Positions 1 through 8,639 of a stretch of 44,804 bases of DNA are shown here, piece after piece. The notes under the pieces are model-generated. The model was not told the origin of the DNA. It made no database searches and was given only the letters and a program-made list of their open reading frames with translations. A program made the translations under genes and the position numbers. Position 1 is the first letter of the stretch, and the number at the start of each line of letters is the position of its first letter. The stretch is from a virus: the IMG/VR virus record IMGVR_UViG_3300033150_001311, positions 1 to 44,804 of that record. One strand, given 5' to 3'.

Positions 1-114
1 AAAACAATGTTAGATATTGACCCTGAACCTTTGTCGTAGGAGTAAGCATGGGTATCAGAATTTCGTATGGAGATATAGGAGCTTACGCCCAGTTAGGGGC
101 TTTGGCAGGACAGG
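1..114. repeat. Terminal direct repeat, copy 1 (identical to 44691..44804)
   Basis: The first 114 nt are repeated exactly as the last 114 nt. The repeat covers the 3-prime end of ORF 44538..44729 and the RBS and start of ORF 48..1277, so the contig closes on itself. Confidence 0.95.
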
Positions 115-1277
115 CCCAGGCGGCACAGGCAGAAGCTGCCAGGAGACATCAACTGGCTCTTCAGCAAATGTCTGAGCGGGCGGCCATGGACAGACAGATG
201 GCGGCCATTCAGGCTCAGAGAGAAGCCCGGGAATTCAATGCTTGGCTACAGATGGAGTCTCAAAAGAGAGCACAAGCCTGGGAACAAGAGAAAATTGAGA
301 TAGCTGCCAGGAACAGGTTTGCCATGGAAGAGCAGGCTTTTATGTGGGAGCAGCAATTGCGAAACAAGGAGAGACTCCAGGCAATGCAGGAGAGACAAAG
401 AAAGCTAAAGGTTATTCGGAAACTGGAAGCGGAAGGGGAATTGTCAGAGGAAGAAGCCAGAAGGGCTATGATTGGGATAGAGACGGGTCTGGCTCCTGGG
501 ATGTATGAAACCGGAGGGTCCGCCTGGGAGAAAGCAATATTTCAAATGATGAAGCCCGAGCTGCATGAACGGGGCATTACTGCGGAAGATGCGGAAAGAG
601 TAGCTGCTATGCCCGCAGGAAATCTTGTATTAGAAGCCATCCAATCAGATGAAGTTGACCCCGAGAGTAAGGTAGAGCTTATTGCGATAGTAAAAAGAGG
701 AACCCCGGAACAGGTAAAAGCAGCAGCACGGACTTACTTTGAGTTCAAAAGACAAAAGGCAACGGTTGCCCCAGCAGCACCGGCACCAAGAGGGCTGCCA
801 CCGACTGGCCGCCCCGAGGAAGTTCTTGTTACTGGAGTAGCCGAACCAGAACTAAGTGTCGAGGCCCGAAACTTGCTGGCCCTGGCGAGACGGCCTGATG
901 TTCCTGCGGAGGTTAGAAGACGGGCCGAAGTGGCAGTGGCCATGAATGACACTGAAGAAATGAGAAAGCTCCGCAGGGAACTTTCAAAAGGCAGGACTTT
1001 GCCGAAGACTGGCCCCGAATTCCGGACCCCCGGCTTTGTGCAGGCGCTTCCTCCCGGAGAGATAGCCACTGAAAAGCTTTCCAGTACCTTGATAGAGCTT
1101 GTGGATGAAAATAGCAGACATCTCATAGACGAGGAGAAGAAAGAGGCGCTCGCGGCAGCTAAGTCAGGGGACAGGAACAAAATCAGGGATACCCTGCGAA
1201 AGCTCAGAAAAATAGTAACAGAACGCAAGTTGAGTGCTATTAGTCCATATCACCAAGCCTATCGTAGATGGTATTAA
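48..1277 (+). CDS. Coiled-coil Q/A/E/R-rich virion-associated protein (function unknown; possibly an internal or ejection protein)
   Basis: 409-aa ORF with AGGAG 6 nt upstream of the ATG. It lies in the late plus-strand operon after the tail fibre. The composition is a long heptad-like Q/A/R/E stretch. No catalytic motif recognised. Confidence 0.6.
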   Translation: MGIRISYGDIGAYAQLGALAGQAQAAQAEAARRHQLALQQMSERAAMDRQMAAIQAQREAREFNAWLQMESQKRAQAWEQEKIEIAARNRFAMEEQAFMWEQQLRNKERLQAMQERQRKLKVIRKLEAEGELSEEEARRAMIGIETGLAPGMYETGGSAWEKAIFQMMKPELHERGITAEDAERVAAMPAGNLVLEAIQSDEVDPESKVELIAIVKRGTPEQVKAAARTYFEFKRQKATVAPAAPAPRGLPPTGRPEEVLVTGVAEPELSVEARNLLALARRPDVPAEVRRRAEVAVAMNDTEEMRKLRRELSKGRTLPKTGPEFRTPGFVQALPPGEIATEKLSSTLIELVDENSRHLIDEEKKEALAAAKSGDRNKIRDTLRKLRKIVTERKLSAISPYHQAYRRWY

Positions 1278-1287
1278 GGAATAGACC

Positions 1288-4200
1288 ATGGGGATGTTCG
1301 CAAATCTTGTTCCGGCAGGAGCGCAGACTGGACTTGTGCCGCAAAGTTCATATGTAGACCCGGATATGCTTGCTCGGTTTCAGGCAGGAGGAGAGATTGA
1401 GAGGTCTGCCTGGGAGAACTTTGCGGTTTCCCTTGAGAGGGGCTTTTGGAATATTGTAGACAAAGCAGGTACAAGTGTCAGAAAACTCTCTACTATTACT
1501 TTGGAGGAGGATGACCCGAGGAAGAAAAGAGGTCTGGGTTGGATAGGAAAGCACGCCGCAGATTTCGCCCTTGCCGCCCAGGAAAGATTGGCAGACCCCA
1601 GCCTGGCTCCGGAAACAGACCCGGAGACGATGGATAAATTTGCGGAGCTTGTCGGTACGAGCGTTCCTTATATGCTTGCTCTTCTTGGCGGAGCCGCCGC
1701 CGGTACTGTTGGTGCCGGTATCCTTGGAGCAAGCAGTGCTGTAACTGCCGCAGCAGGCTCAGCGGGAGCCGCCCTGACTTCCTTTGCGATTAACCGGGAG
1801 GAGGCTTACCGATATGCCAAGGCAACTGGGGCAAGCGAAGAGGCCGCCAATCTGGAGGGCAACATAGTCGGCGGAGTAATGGGACTGCTTGACATAGCCA
1901 AACTCGGAATAGTTCTCAAGGGCAGTCGTTCCGGAGGTGTGATTCTCAAGTCTTTGGTTACCTCTGCCCGCAATAAAGCGTGGAACAAGGCTCTCGCGGC
2001 TGGCGGAGAGCTGACAATGTCGATGGTTAGAACCTCCGCAGAGGAGGCCCTACAGGAGGCACTGCAAGGAACGGCGGCTGAGGTGATTCCCGCCCTCCTG
2101 CGTAACGTGCACATAGAAGAGGGCTTCATTGGACGGAGAGCACAGGAGGCCGCTGGTGGTGCCCTGCTCGGCGGAGTCTTTGCAGGACTCGGGTCTATTG
2201 TCAGTAGTGCGCTGGTGGAAGGAAAAGGGGTAGCCCCTTACGTGGAGGAGATAGAGGGAGAAATAGGCGAAGAGGCTCAGATACAAGAGCTTGTGATGGA
2301 GAAACTTGCCGAGGGTGGTGAGATGTTAGACTGGGATGCTTCTTACACCAAGCTGCGGGAGGAATTAGGAAGGGAACCTACGACCGAAGAAGTACAGGAC
2401 GAGATGATACGCTCCGCCCTTACACCGGAACAGGTAGCAGATGCTGTGATGGAAGGCATAGAGATAGATGTTACCGAAGCACGGGAATTGGACACGAATC
2501 CTCTTGCCAAGCTCAATATGCTGGTGGAGAAGATAGAGCCAGAGAAAATACGGAGGCTGACTAAGAAGCAAGTAAAGGCCGAAAGGATTAAGAGGACCCT
2601 CCTTGCAGAGAAAGCCGAGAAACTTGTGTTCGAGCGTACCGGCAACATCGAAGCTGCCCAGAGAATAGGGATGTCTTTCCTCAAGGGGGAATATCCGAAA
2701 GCCCAGTTCCTGAAATTCTCCCCGGAAGAATTCTCAAGGGAGGACTGGCGGGCTATCCGCATTGCTATACACAAAAGTGATTTGATGTATTTCGAGAAAA
2801 CACGCGCCTTGACTGCGTTGACGAAGCTGAGGCAAGGAATAGTCCCCGCCGAGTCCGAGATGAAATCGCTCGGAAAGGTTACAGGGATGAGCGAAGAGGC
2901 CGTGAAAATGCTGTCCGAGAAAGAGGAGGTAGTAAGGGACATTGCTTCCGAAGTGTCAAGTACTTTTAGAACTCTCCTGACCTCGTATGATGCTGGATTT
3001 CTCGGAAGACAGGGATTGCTGGCCTTGCCATCCCACCCCATAAGTTGGAGTAAAGCGTGGTGGGATGAGCACCGAGCATTCTTTAGCCCGGAATACACCG
3101 ACATGGTACAGAAGGAGATAGCCACCTCTAAAAATGCCCCTCTCTATGAATTGGCAGGTATACTTACAGAAATTGGCGGACCTCGGGAGAGGATGGATGT
3201 GAGGTTCGGGGCACAATGGCTCAAGAAAGTTCCTGTCATAGGCATAGGCGTGCGGGCTGCCGAGAGGGCTGCTGTTGTTGGTGGGAACAGGCTCAGGACT
3301 CTGCTGTTCGATTCCGGATATGAAGAGCTGGAAAGTGTTTATGGTGTAGGGGCTGTTCCGGAGGCAGAGATAAAGAAACTTGGTAATGCCATAAACCACC
3401 TAACCGGAAGGGGAACGGGAAAGTGGCTGCGAAAGAATGCCCAGATTCTCAATGTTGCGTTACTTGCCCCCAGCTATGGGTGGTCGAAATTCCAGTTAAT
3501 AGGGGACGGGGCTTCCGCTCTCTTTGACATAGTTACAGGCAAGCCCAGTCCGGTAAGTAAAATCATAGCATCGGAACTTGCAGTTGCTACTTTTTCCATA
3601 ATAAGTCTCCTTACTCTTCTCTCCCGCTTGGGACATGAAGTAGAAGACGACCCCAGGTCTTCTGATTATGGCAAGGTAAAAATCGGCAGAACGAGAATTG
3701 ATGTTACTGCTGGATATGGTGCTTTATTTAGATACCTCACCCAGTTCGTTACCGGAAAAGGCAAGGCCCTCCGCAGTAAAGAGTTGTATGACGTCAATAG
3801 ACTGACAGTACTGGGGAGATTCTTGCAGTCTAAGCTTGCCCCCGTTCCTGGTATGGTGCTTGAGATTCTTGGAAAGAGAACATTCCTCGGGGAGAATCTG
3901 CCTGATGAGGTGGATACTCCAGAGGGGCTGATGAGATATGTTGCTTCCAAAATAGCTCCCCTGGTTCTTCAGGATACCTACGAGGCTCTAAGATACCAGA
4001 GTGGAAGGATGGCCCTTATTACTTTCCCCCTTGCGTTTGAGGGAATAGGCGTCCAGACCTTTGAGCCGAGGCCGATGGACTATCTCACTGAGGCAAGGAA
4101 TCACTACGCAGAGAGAGTCTTTGGAGATTACTGGGACAATCTCGGCCCGACAGCCCAAAGAGCACTACGCAAGAGATACCCCCAGATTGAAAGGCTTGAG

Positions 4201-4575
4201 CAGGAAGTAAGATTCGACCGCAGAAATGCCATCTTCAATGCGGAAGCCCAGAGAATTGCGGGCAGGAATGTAGAGAAGCAATTGCCCGAAGAGTTGCTTG
4301 ATGAGATGGATAGGCTCAGGGTAACTATCGGGGGACTCAGTAGACTTATTAGCCGAGATTGGAGATTGAATGCCAAAAGATATAAGCAGTACCAAAACGA
4401 ACTGGCCCGAATTTGGACAAGAGTTGGGACCAAGATTATCAATGCCCCTGGCTATAACAGGCTGCCGGATGAAATCAAACGGGCGGTAATCTCGGAAGTA
4501 CTTAGAAAGGCCAAGTCCATTGTTCGCAGGAAAATCGTAGCTGAAGCTGAGATGAGAGACCTGGAGAGATTATGA
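1288..4575 (+). CDS. Large (1095 aa) virion protein, internal/ejection or tape-measure-like
   Basis: Longest ORF in the genome, starting 11 nt after the previous stop. The N-terminal region has Gly/Ala-rich hydrophobic segments (LALLGGAAAGTVGAGILGASSAVTAAAGSAGAAL), followed by long helical charged stretches. It sits at the end of the virion module. No lysozyme or transglycosylase motif seen. Confidence 0.6.
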   Translation: MGMFANLVPAGAQTGLVPQSSYVDPDMLARFQAGGEIERSAWENFAVSLERGFWNIVDKAGTSVRKLSTITLEEDDPRKKRGLGWIGKHAADFALAAQERLADPSLAPETDPETMDKFAELVGTSVPYMLALLGGAAAGTVGAGILGASSAVTAAAGSAGAALTSFAINREEAYRYAKATGASEEAANLEGNIVGGVMGLLDIAKLGIVLKGSRSGGVILKSLVTSARNKAWNKALAAGGELTMSMVRTSAEEALQEALQGTAAEVIPALLRNVHIEEGFIGRRAQEAAGGALLGGVFAGLGSIVSSALVEGKGVAPYVEEIEGEIGEEAQIQELVMEKLAEGGEMLDWDASYTKLREELGREPTTEEVQDEMIRSALTPEQVADAVMEGIEIDVTEARELDTNPLAKLNMLVEKIEPEKIRRLTKKQVKAERIKRTLLAEKAEKLVFERTGNIEAAQRIGMSFLKGEYPKAQFLKFSPEEFSREDWRAIRIAIHKSDLMYFEKTRALTALTKLRQGIVPAESEMKSLGKVTGMSEEAVKMLSEKEEVVRDIASEVSSTFRTLLTSYDAGFLGRQGLLALPSHPISWSKAWWDEHRAFFSPEYTDMVQKEIATSKNAPLYELAGILTEIGGPRERMDVRFGAQWLKKVPVIGIGVRAAERAAVVGGNRLRTLLFDSGYEELESVYGVGAVPEAEIKKLGNAINHLTGRGTGKWLRKNAQILNVALLAPSYGWSKFQLIGDGASALFDIVTGKPSPVSKIIASELAVATFSIISLLTLLSRLGHEVEDDPRSSDYGKVKIGRTRIDVTAGYGALFRYLTQFVTGKGKALRSKELYDVNRLTVLGRFLQSKLAPVPGMVLEILGKRTFLGENLPDEVDTPEGLMRYVASKIAPLVLQDTYEALRYQSGRMALITFPLAFEGIGVQTFEPRPMDYLTEARNHYAERVFGDYWDNLGPTAQRALRKRYPQIERLEQEVRFDRRNAIFNAEAQRIAGRNVEKQLPEELLDEMDRLRVTIGGLSRLISRDWRLNAKRYKQYQNELARIWTRVGTKIINAPGYNRLPDEIKRAVISEVLRKAKSIVRRKIVAEAEMRDLERL

Positions 4576-4733
4576 ACCAAGAAGACAGAGACATCCTAAT
4601 AGAGGTACATAACGATGTAAAGTGGATAAAAAAGCTCATTGAAACACATTTCTCTGAGCATTTCAAGATACGGCTGGCCCTGTTCGGCTCTGTCCTTGCT
4701 GCAGCAACTGCTATTATGATAGCCCTGATGTAG
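4572..4733 (+). CDS. Small (53 aa) protein with a C-terminal transmembrane helix; last gene of the late operon (holin-like candidate, speculative)
   Basis: Not in the supplied ORF track because it is under 60 aa. The ATG overlaps the upstream TGA (ATGA). Translation: MNQEDRDILIEVHNDVKWIKKLIETHFSEHFKIRLALFGSVLAAATAIMIALM. Stop TAG at 4731..4733. Confidence 0.45.
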   Translation: MNQEDRDILIEVHNDVKWIKKLIETHFSEHFKIRLALFGSVLAAATAIMIALM

Positions 4734-4808
4734 CCAGATTGCCGTAGAAAGCCCCAGATTGGTCCAGGATGGACGAACGTGGGTTGACGGGTACTTAGGG
4801 CAGGGCAA

Positions 4809-4843
4809 ATAAAAAAACGCCCCAGAATTGAATCTGAGGCGTT
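4809..4843 (-). terminator. Rho-independent terminator at the convergence of the leftward and rightward modules
   Basis: Hairpin AACGCCCCAGA / loop ATTGAA / TCTGAGGCGTT with 10 of 11 bp paired. On the minus strand it is followed by a T7 run (plus-strand A run 4809-4815). It lies 26 nt past the stop of the minus-strand gene 4869..5174. The plus strand has no T-run after the hairpin. Confidence 0.65.
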
Positions 4844-4868
4844 CTATGAGAAATTAGATTTTCTGGCC

Positions 4869-5174
4869 TTAGCAGCACTCGTCCTCGTACCGCAAATAAT
4901 TCTCAACCTCATCCACAATATGGGTTCCATCCTCAAGAACGAAGTGCACCTTCATCTCCACGACTGGGTCGGAAAGGCGGGATGCGTACCCCAGGTTCGG
5001 GGGCGGTATCAGCTCGTCCCCGGGAAGAACCCGGCAACCGTCCATCGTGGCGGGCAGCCGCTTTAACAACTTCAGAATCCCTTTTAGAACGAGCCTGTCT
5101 CTCTCAGAGAACTCCCCATTGGACAGAGAATGCGTCCTCTCTTCCAAATAACCTATCGCATCGTTAATGTTCAT
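4869..5174 (-). CDS. Hypothetical protein (101 aa)
   Basis: The ATG overlaps the upstream stop (ATGA). It is the last gene of the leftward operon. No recognisable motif. Confidence 0.6.
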   Translation of the reverse strand: MNINDAIGYLEERTHSLSNGEFSERDRLVLKGILKLLKRLPATMDGCRVLPGDELIPPPNLGYASRLSDPVVEMKVHFVLEDGTHIVDEVENYLRYEDECC

Positions 5175-5881
5175 TTTGCTCCCTCTATATTAGAACGGTG
5201 ATATGACTCTCCCTTGCCGCAAGGAAAAGGCTCCCAGTAAGCATACATTCCTTCAAGAACTATACCAACTCCGAGCAGTGATTTCTTAGGAGACTCTTTG
5301 GCATACGCAAAGGCGAAGGCTTTATCGTCTATCCCACATCCACAATCCAGCCCGAAGTACCGACTGAGGGGGCTTGCAAACCAACGAACCCCAGCAACAG
5401 AATGGTAGTGTCCCATCACTACAGACATCCCCATAGATTGGGCAAGATTGAAGGCGGGAGTTTTGCCTCCGCCCTTGCCATGTCCATGGCAGTAATAGAC
5501 ACCGTCAATCACGGCACTGTTTACCCAATCCCACCCCGGGGTATCCCATATCTCCCCGTAATTCCTCAGGAATTTCGACGGGATGTTTACGGATTCCGCC
5601 AGCCGCACCAGTCTCGCATCGTGGTTACCGAGTGTAACCGTTGCTTCTTTGAAGACTCGGTACCATTCCTGCACCTTCTCGTGAGCCAGCTTATACTCGT
5701 CCATGGGGCCGGGACACTCCGGGTTGTTCGCATGGAAGGAGATGGCCGAGAAGTCCACGACGTCCCCAACGAACACCACCTTATCGCAGCTCCAATCTTT
5801 ATACATCTCCTTGCAGAAGCTAAGGTATCCCGGATGTGTAACAGGAGCGTGTATATCCCCAATTACCAAGACTCTGGCCAT
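5171..5881 (-). CDS. Calcineurin-like metallophosphoesterase
   Basis: Motifs in canonical order: GDIHAP, GDVVD, GNHD, then the downstream H / GH.H (CHGHG ... GHYH). GGGAG RBS upstream of the ATG. Confidence 0.85.
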   Translation of the reverse strand: MARVLVIGDIHAPVTHPGYLSFCKEMYKDWSCDKVVFVGDVVDFSAISFHANNPECPGPMDEYKLAHEKVQEWYRVFKEATVTLGNHDARLVRLAESVNIPSKFLRNYGEIWDTPGWDWVNSAVIDGVYYCHGHGKGGGKTPAFNLAQSMGMSVVMGHYHSVAGVRWFASPLSRYFGLDCGCGIDDKAFAFAYAKESPKKSLLGVGIVLEGMYAYWEPFPCGKGESYHRSNIEGAK

Positions 5882-5882
5882 G

Positions 5883-6296
5883 TTAGTCTCCCGCCTTTTC
5901 CAGTATTCCGAGATAATCCATGCTCAGTAAAGTTATTGCCTCTTCCAGTTCAGAGAAAATGAGTACGGGAATCCCCACCTCAACGGCGTGCCTATATTCC
6001 ACGAGACGGCCCCCCTGTAAGGAATCCCCCTCTGGAATCCAGACTATGACCATATCGCAGGAATCAATTATCTGGCAGTCGATTTCAAGTATTTGTTTCT
6101 CGGAGATATATCCCGCCCGGTACGCACGGCCAACAAACTCTTCGCTCTCCGCAGGAACATACATCTCTATCTCAGGGAGCCTTTCCCGGATTTTATTCGC
6201 CATGTCTATGGCAGCGGCACAGTTGGCATCTATCTTTTTCTGCGTTGCCTCGTTTCCCTGCGACCCCCGTATGCGGTGAGATAAATATATCTTCAT
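5883..6296 (-). CDS. Nucleoside 2-deoxyribosyltransferase-like (NDT/DUF4406-type Rossmann-like) protein
   Basis: 137 aa with AGGAG RBS. N-terminal MKIYLS... strand and the C-terminal pattern CDMVIV...GG..VEYRHAVEVGIPVLIF are typical of the NDT-like fold (late acidic residue, then G.PV). Recognition by eye only. Confidence 0.5.
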   Translation of the reverse strand: MKIYLSHRIRGSQGNEATQKKIDANCAAAIDMANKIRERLPEIEMYVPAESEEFVGRAYRAGYISEKQILEIDCQIIDSCDMVIVWIPEGDSLQGGRLVEYRHAVEVGIPVLIFSELEEAITLLSMDYLGILEKAGD

Positions 6297-6298
6297 CT

Positions 6299-6580
6299 TT
6301 AATCTCCTTTCTGCTCAAAATAAATCAGGAACGCCAAGTTGCAGGCTACATGCCAGAGATGACTAAGGCCACTCTCGGAGTCTGTTTTCTCCCCACGCCG
6401 CCATGCCATCAGATGCCTCATAGTAGCCCCATATATCCGGTCGGTTTCAATCCCCTCTTTCCAGTTATCTGGCCCGTATTTCTTAGCTCCAAAAGTGAGA
6501 ACCCAACCTACCGCCTCGATAAACTCTGGTGGCACCAAATCAAGACGATTCTTGCCCTCGTCAAACTTCTTTCCCGCCAT
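6299..6580 (-). CDS. dATP/dGTP diphosphohydrolase-like (MazG-related all-alpha NTP pyrophosphohydrolase, DUF5664-type)
   Basis: 93 aa. KFDEGKNRLDLVPPEFIEAVGWVLTFGAKKYGPDNW...MRHLMAWRRGEKTDSESGLSHLWHVACNLAFL matches the remembered family consensus (D.GK.R.DL.P...GA.KYG..NW...RH..AW..GE..D.ESGL.HL.H..CN..FL). AGGAG RBS. Confidence 0.65.
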   Translation of the reverse strand: MAGKKFDEGKNRLDLVPPEFIEAVGWVLTFGAKKYGPDNWKEGIETDRIYGATMRHLMAWRRGEKTDSESGLSHLWHVACNLAFLIYFEQKGD

Positions 6581-6947
6581 CTAAAATCTCCTTTTCTTTC
6601 TTCAGTTCCTCATAGATTGCTTCTTTATCTACCTTCTGAACAGTATGATATCTCCTCAGCAGGTCATCATACCATTCTTGTCCCTTCTCTTTTCTGAGCC
6701 ACTCCGCAAATACCAGCGGAGCCTGATGGGCACTATCATTGCCAAAGACATGGCATTTGTGGCACAGGGCAATCCCGTTATTGAGCGACCACCTTGTATT
6801 GAATATCCTTCTGCCGTGGATATGGTGTGCATTTAATGGCCCCATTGCTCCGCATCTCTCGCAGCGACCGCCCGCACGTTTCTTAATTATTTCCGACCAA
6901 AGCCTGTCGAGCTTCCTGGTCATTGCTCGTTGAGATGTCTTTTTCAT
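6561..6947 (-). CDS. NinG/HNH-like zinc-finger nuclease
   Basis: LDRLWSEIIKKRAGGRCERCG...LNAHHIHGRR...NGIALCHKCH...AH. Start moved from the track start (7031) to the ATG at 6947, which has GGAG 8 nt upstream. Overlaps the 3-prime end of the protease gene. Confidence 0.55.
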   Translation of the reverse strand: MKKTSQRAMTRKLDRLWSEIIKKRAGGRCERCGAMGPLNAHHIHGRRIFNTRWSLNNGIALCHKCHVFGNDSAHQAPLVFAEWLRKEKGQEWYDDLLRRYHTVQKVDKEAIYEELKKEKEILDGGKEV

Positions 6948-7563
6948 TTTCAATCTCCGTACAAATCTCCCTATAGGTGTCCGCGAATTCTTTGAGCCGG
7001 GAGGCTGGGACACAAAGGACAATATTACCATTGCCCCCTACCACCATTCCAACTACCTGTCCCTTCTCGTTTACCAAAGGTCCGCCGGAGTTGCCGGGTG
7101 CCGCATCCGCATCAACACCAATAACGGACATCCAGAACGGCAGGGCCTTGAACTCCAAAGACGAGATAATTCCTTTCGATGTCCACAGCACAGGATTATT
7201 ATAGGGAAATCCCTTAGTGTAAACAGTATCCCCTGCTTCGTAGTGTAGGTCCCAATTGACACTTCCCTTTCTTGACACTGGAAGTATTCCGATGTCAAAG
7301 AAGGAAACAGCTCCGCCAGTAATCCACTCTGTCTCCCCATCTGCGTACTCTACCCGGAAGTTATTTCCGATATTCAAAACGTGGGCAGCGGTCATTACCA
7401 TCTTATCTCCGCAGATGAATCCGGTTCCCATGCCCATCTCTTCGTTATCCCAGTAAGCGTATATCTTCACAACCTCCGGCTCGTTTACCATGAGGGGAGA
7501 GATAATCAAGGCAAGGCCGATGGCGGCTGACAGTATTGCAACTGATGGTAATACATATCTCAT
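6883..7563 (-). CDS. Trypsin-like (S1/chymotrypsin fold) serine protease with an N-terminal signal/anchor sequence
   Basis: Catalytic motifs TAAHV (His), FFDIGIL (Asp) and GNSGGPL (Ser). The hydrophobic N-terminus is MRYVLPSVAILSAAIGLALIISPL. Start set to the ATG at 7563, which has GGAG 6 nt upstream. Confidence 0.8.
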   Translation of the reverse strand: MRYVLPSVAILSAAIGLALIISPLMVNEPEVVKIYAYWDNEEMGMGTGFICGDKMVMTAAHVLNIGNNFRVEYADGETEWITGGAVSFFDIGILPVSRKGSVNWDLHYEAGDTVYTKGFPYNNPVLWTSKGIISSLEFKALPFWMSVIGVDADAAPGNSGGPLVNEKGQVVGMVVGGNGNIVLCVPASRLKEFADTYREICTEIENEKDISTSNDQEARQALVGNN

Positions 7564-7623
7564 GTTTTTCTCCAAATTTCTTTTAATGTTAGCCCTTTTT
7601 CGTAACAAGTTCCCTTCGGGCTT

Positions 7624-7857
7624 CTAAGATATCACGGAAATACTAAATATTTCCTCTTTCAGCACTCTTGTATTCCACAAATCCAAAGCTTCCCCCGGAG
7701 TTTGCACTCTTTTACAATATGCAAACGGTCCAACAGCTCCGCAATGTTGACAACGCACCGCCATTGGATGGCCCTCACGGTCCTCTACACTTATTTTGTC
7801 TATTGACAGCTTACTTGAGCCACAAAACGGGCATAACTTTAGTCGATATGTAGCCAT
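7624..7857 (-). CDS. lar: Lar-family restriction-alleviation-like zinc-ribbon protein
   Basis: 77 aa. CPFCGS...RCQHCGAVGP...EALDLWNTR matches the Lar family pattern (CPFCG...C..CGA.GP...A...WN.R). TAATG overlap with the primase stop. Confidence 0.6.
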   Translation of the reverse strand: MATYRLKLCPFCGSSKLSIDKISVEDREGHPMAVRCQHCGAVGPFAYCKRVQTPGEALDLWNTRVLKEEIFSISVIS

Positions 7858-8636
7858 TATTGTTTGTTCCCCAATAAATCAGATAATTTTTTACCCTTTT
7901 CGTAACAAGCTTTTAAGTCTTTCTCTGGCGTTACTACGACCTTGACGTTAACTTTGTTCATTTTTTTTAGAAAATTTTTTGTTTTTTCTGCTCCGGTCCT
8001 GCCAACCTCATCTCGGTCCGAGAAGATAATTACCTCTCTGTAACCCAACTCCCGAACATAATACGACACCCACTCGTCCCCGACAAGGCAGTTGAACTTA
8101 CCGATGGCATTGAACCCGTACAGTCTCGCAATGACAGTATCCGTCCAGCCCTCGGTTACTGCCAGAACCCGGCCCGGATAGTCGAAGATTGGCAGCGGCA
8201 GGAACACCCCGGCCCTTGAGTTTTTGACGAACCGCTTGAGTTTCCCCTTGCGTTTCTGTATCCCGGCTATCTTGTTCCTCTCGTTGTATAGAGGGATGAG
8301 TAGCCAGCCATCGTGATAGCCCAGAAAGAATTGAAGTGCTGCTATCGGGTTTATATTTATATCCCGGCATAATTCCGAGAACTCCTTTCGGTGCATCATC
8401 AGGTTGCCAGATGCCCAGCTCATCCACATGTTCCAGTTTATCTTCGGGGCCGGTTTTTCTTCGTACCTCACAGGCTTGAAGTCTCCCAAGATATGCAGCC
8501 AACCCGCATCGCCTGCTTTCTTTATCGACCCCTCGGATATTCTGGCACAGATGGCAGCCTCTCCGCCGGGGGCTATCAAACACCAATCCGACTTTCTGCA
8601 CACAGGACATCTTCTATCTTTATTTACCCGCAGCAT
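7857..8636 (-). CDS. DNA primase (N-terminal zinc-binding element plus Toprim domain)
   Basis: N-terminus CPVCRKSDWC...ICAR...GWLH. Toprim motifs TEGWTD and IIFSDRDEVGRTGA. Lies next to the helicase gene. Confidence 0.75.
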   Translation of the reverse strand: MLRVNKDRRCPVCRKSDWCLIAPGGEAAICARISEGSIKKAGDAGWLHILGDFKPVRYEEKPAPKINWNMWMSWASGNLMMHRKEFSELCRDININPIAALQFFLGYHDGWLLIPLYNERNKIAGIQKRKGKLKRFVKNSRAGVFLPLPIFDYPGRVLAVTEGWTDTVIARLYGFNAIGKFNCLVGDEWVSYYVRELGYREVIIFSDRDEVGRTGAEKTKNFLKKMNKVNVKVVVTPEKDLKACYEKGKKLSDLLGNKQ

Positions 8637-8639
8637 TTC

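Noticed and set aside
734-1228. Antisense ORFs opposite long, well-supported genes. Examples: 734..1228, 2343..3125, 25731..26483, 28342..29163, 32453..33493, 33518..34618, 36473..37105, 38008..38613, 23251..24153, 16161..16820.
   Set aside because: These are shadow ORFs on the opposite strand of genes with clear motifs, RBSs or operon context. They have no RBS, odd low-complexity compositions, and they break the tight unidirectional packing.
4596-4808. 70-aa minus-strand ORF downstream of the terminator.
   Set aside because: It lies beyond the minus-strand terminator and overlaps the better-supported plus-strand 53-aa gene. It has no RBS.
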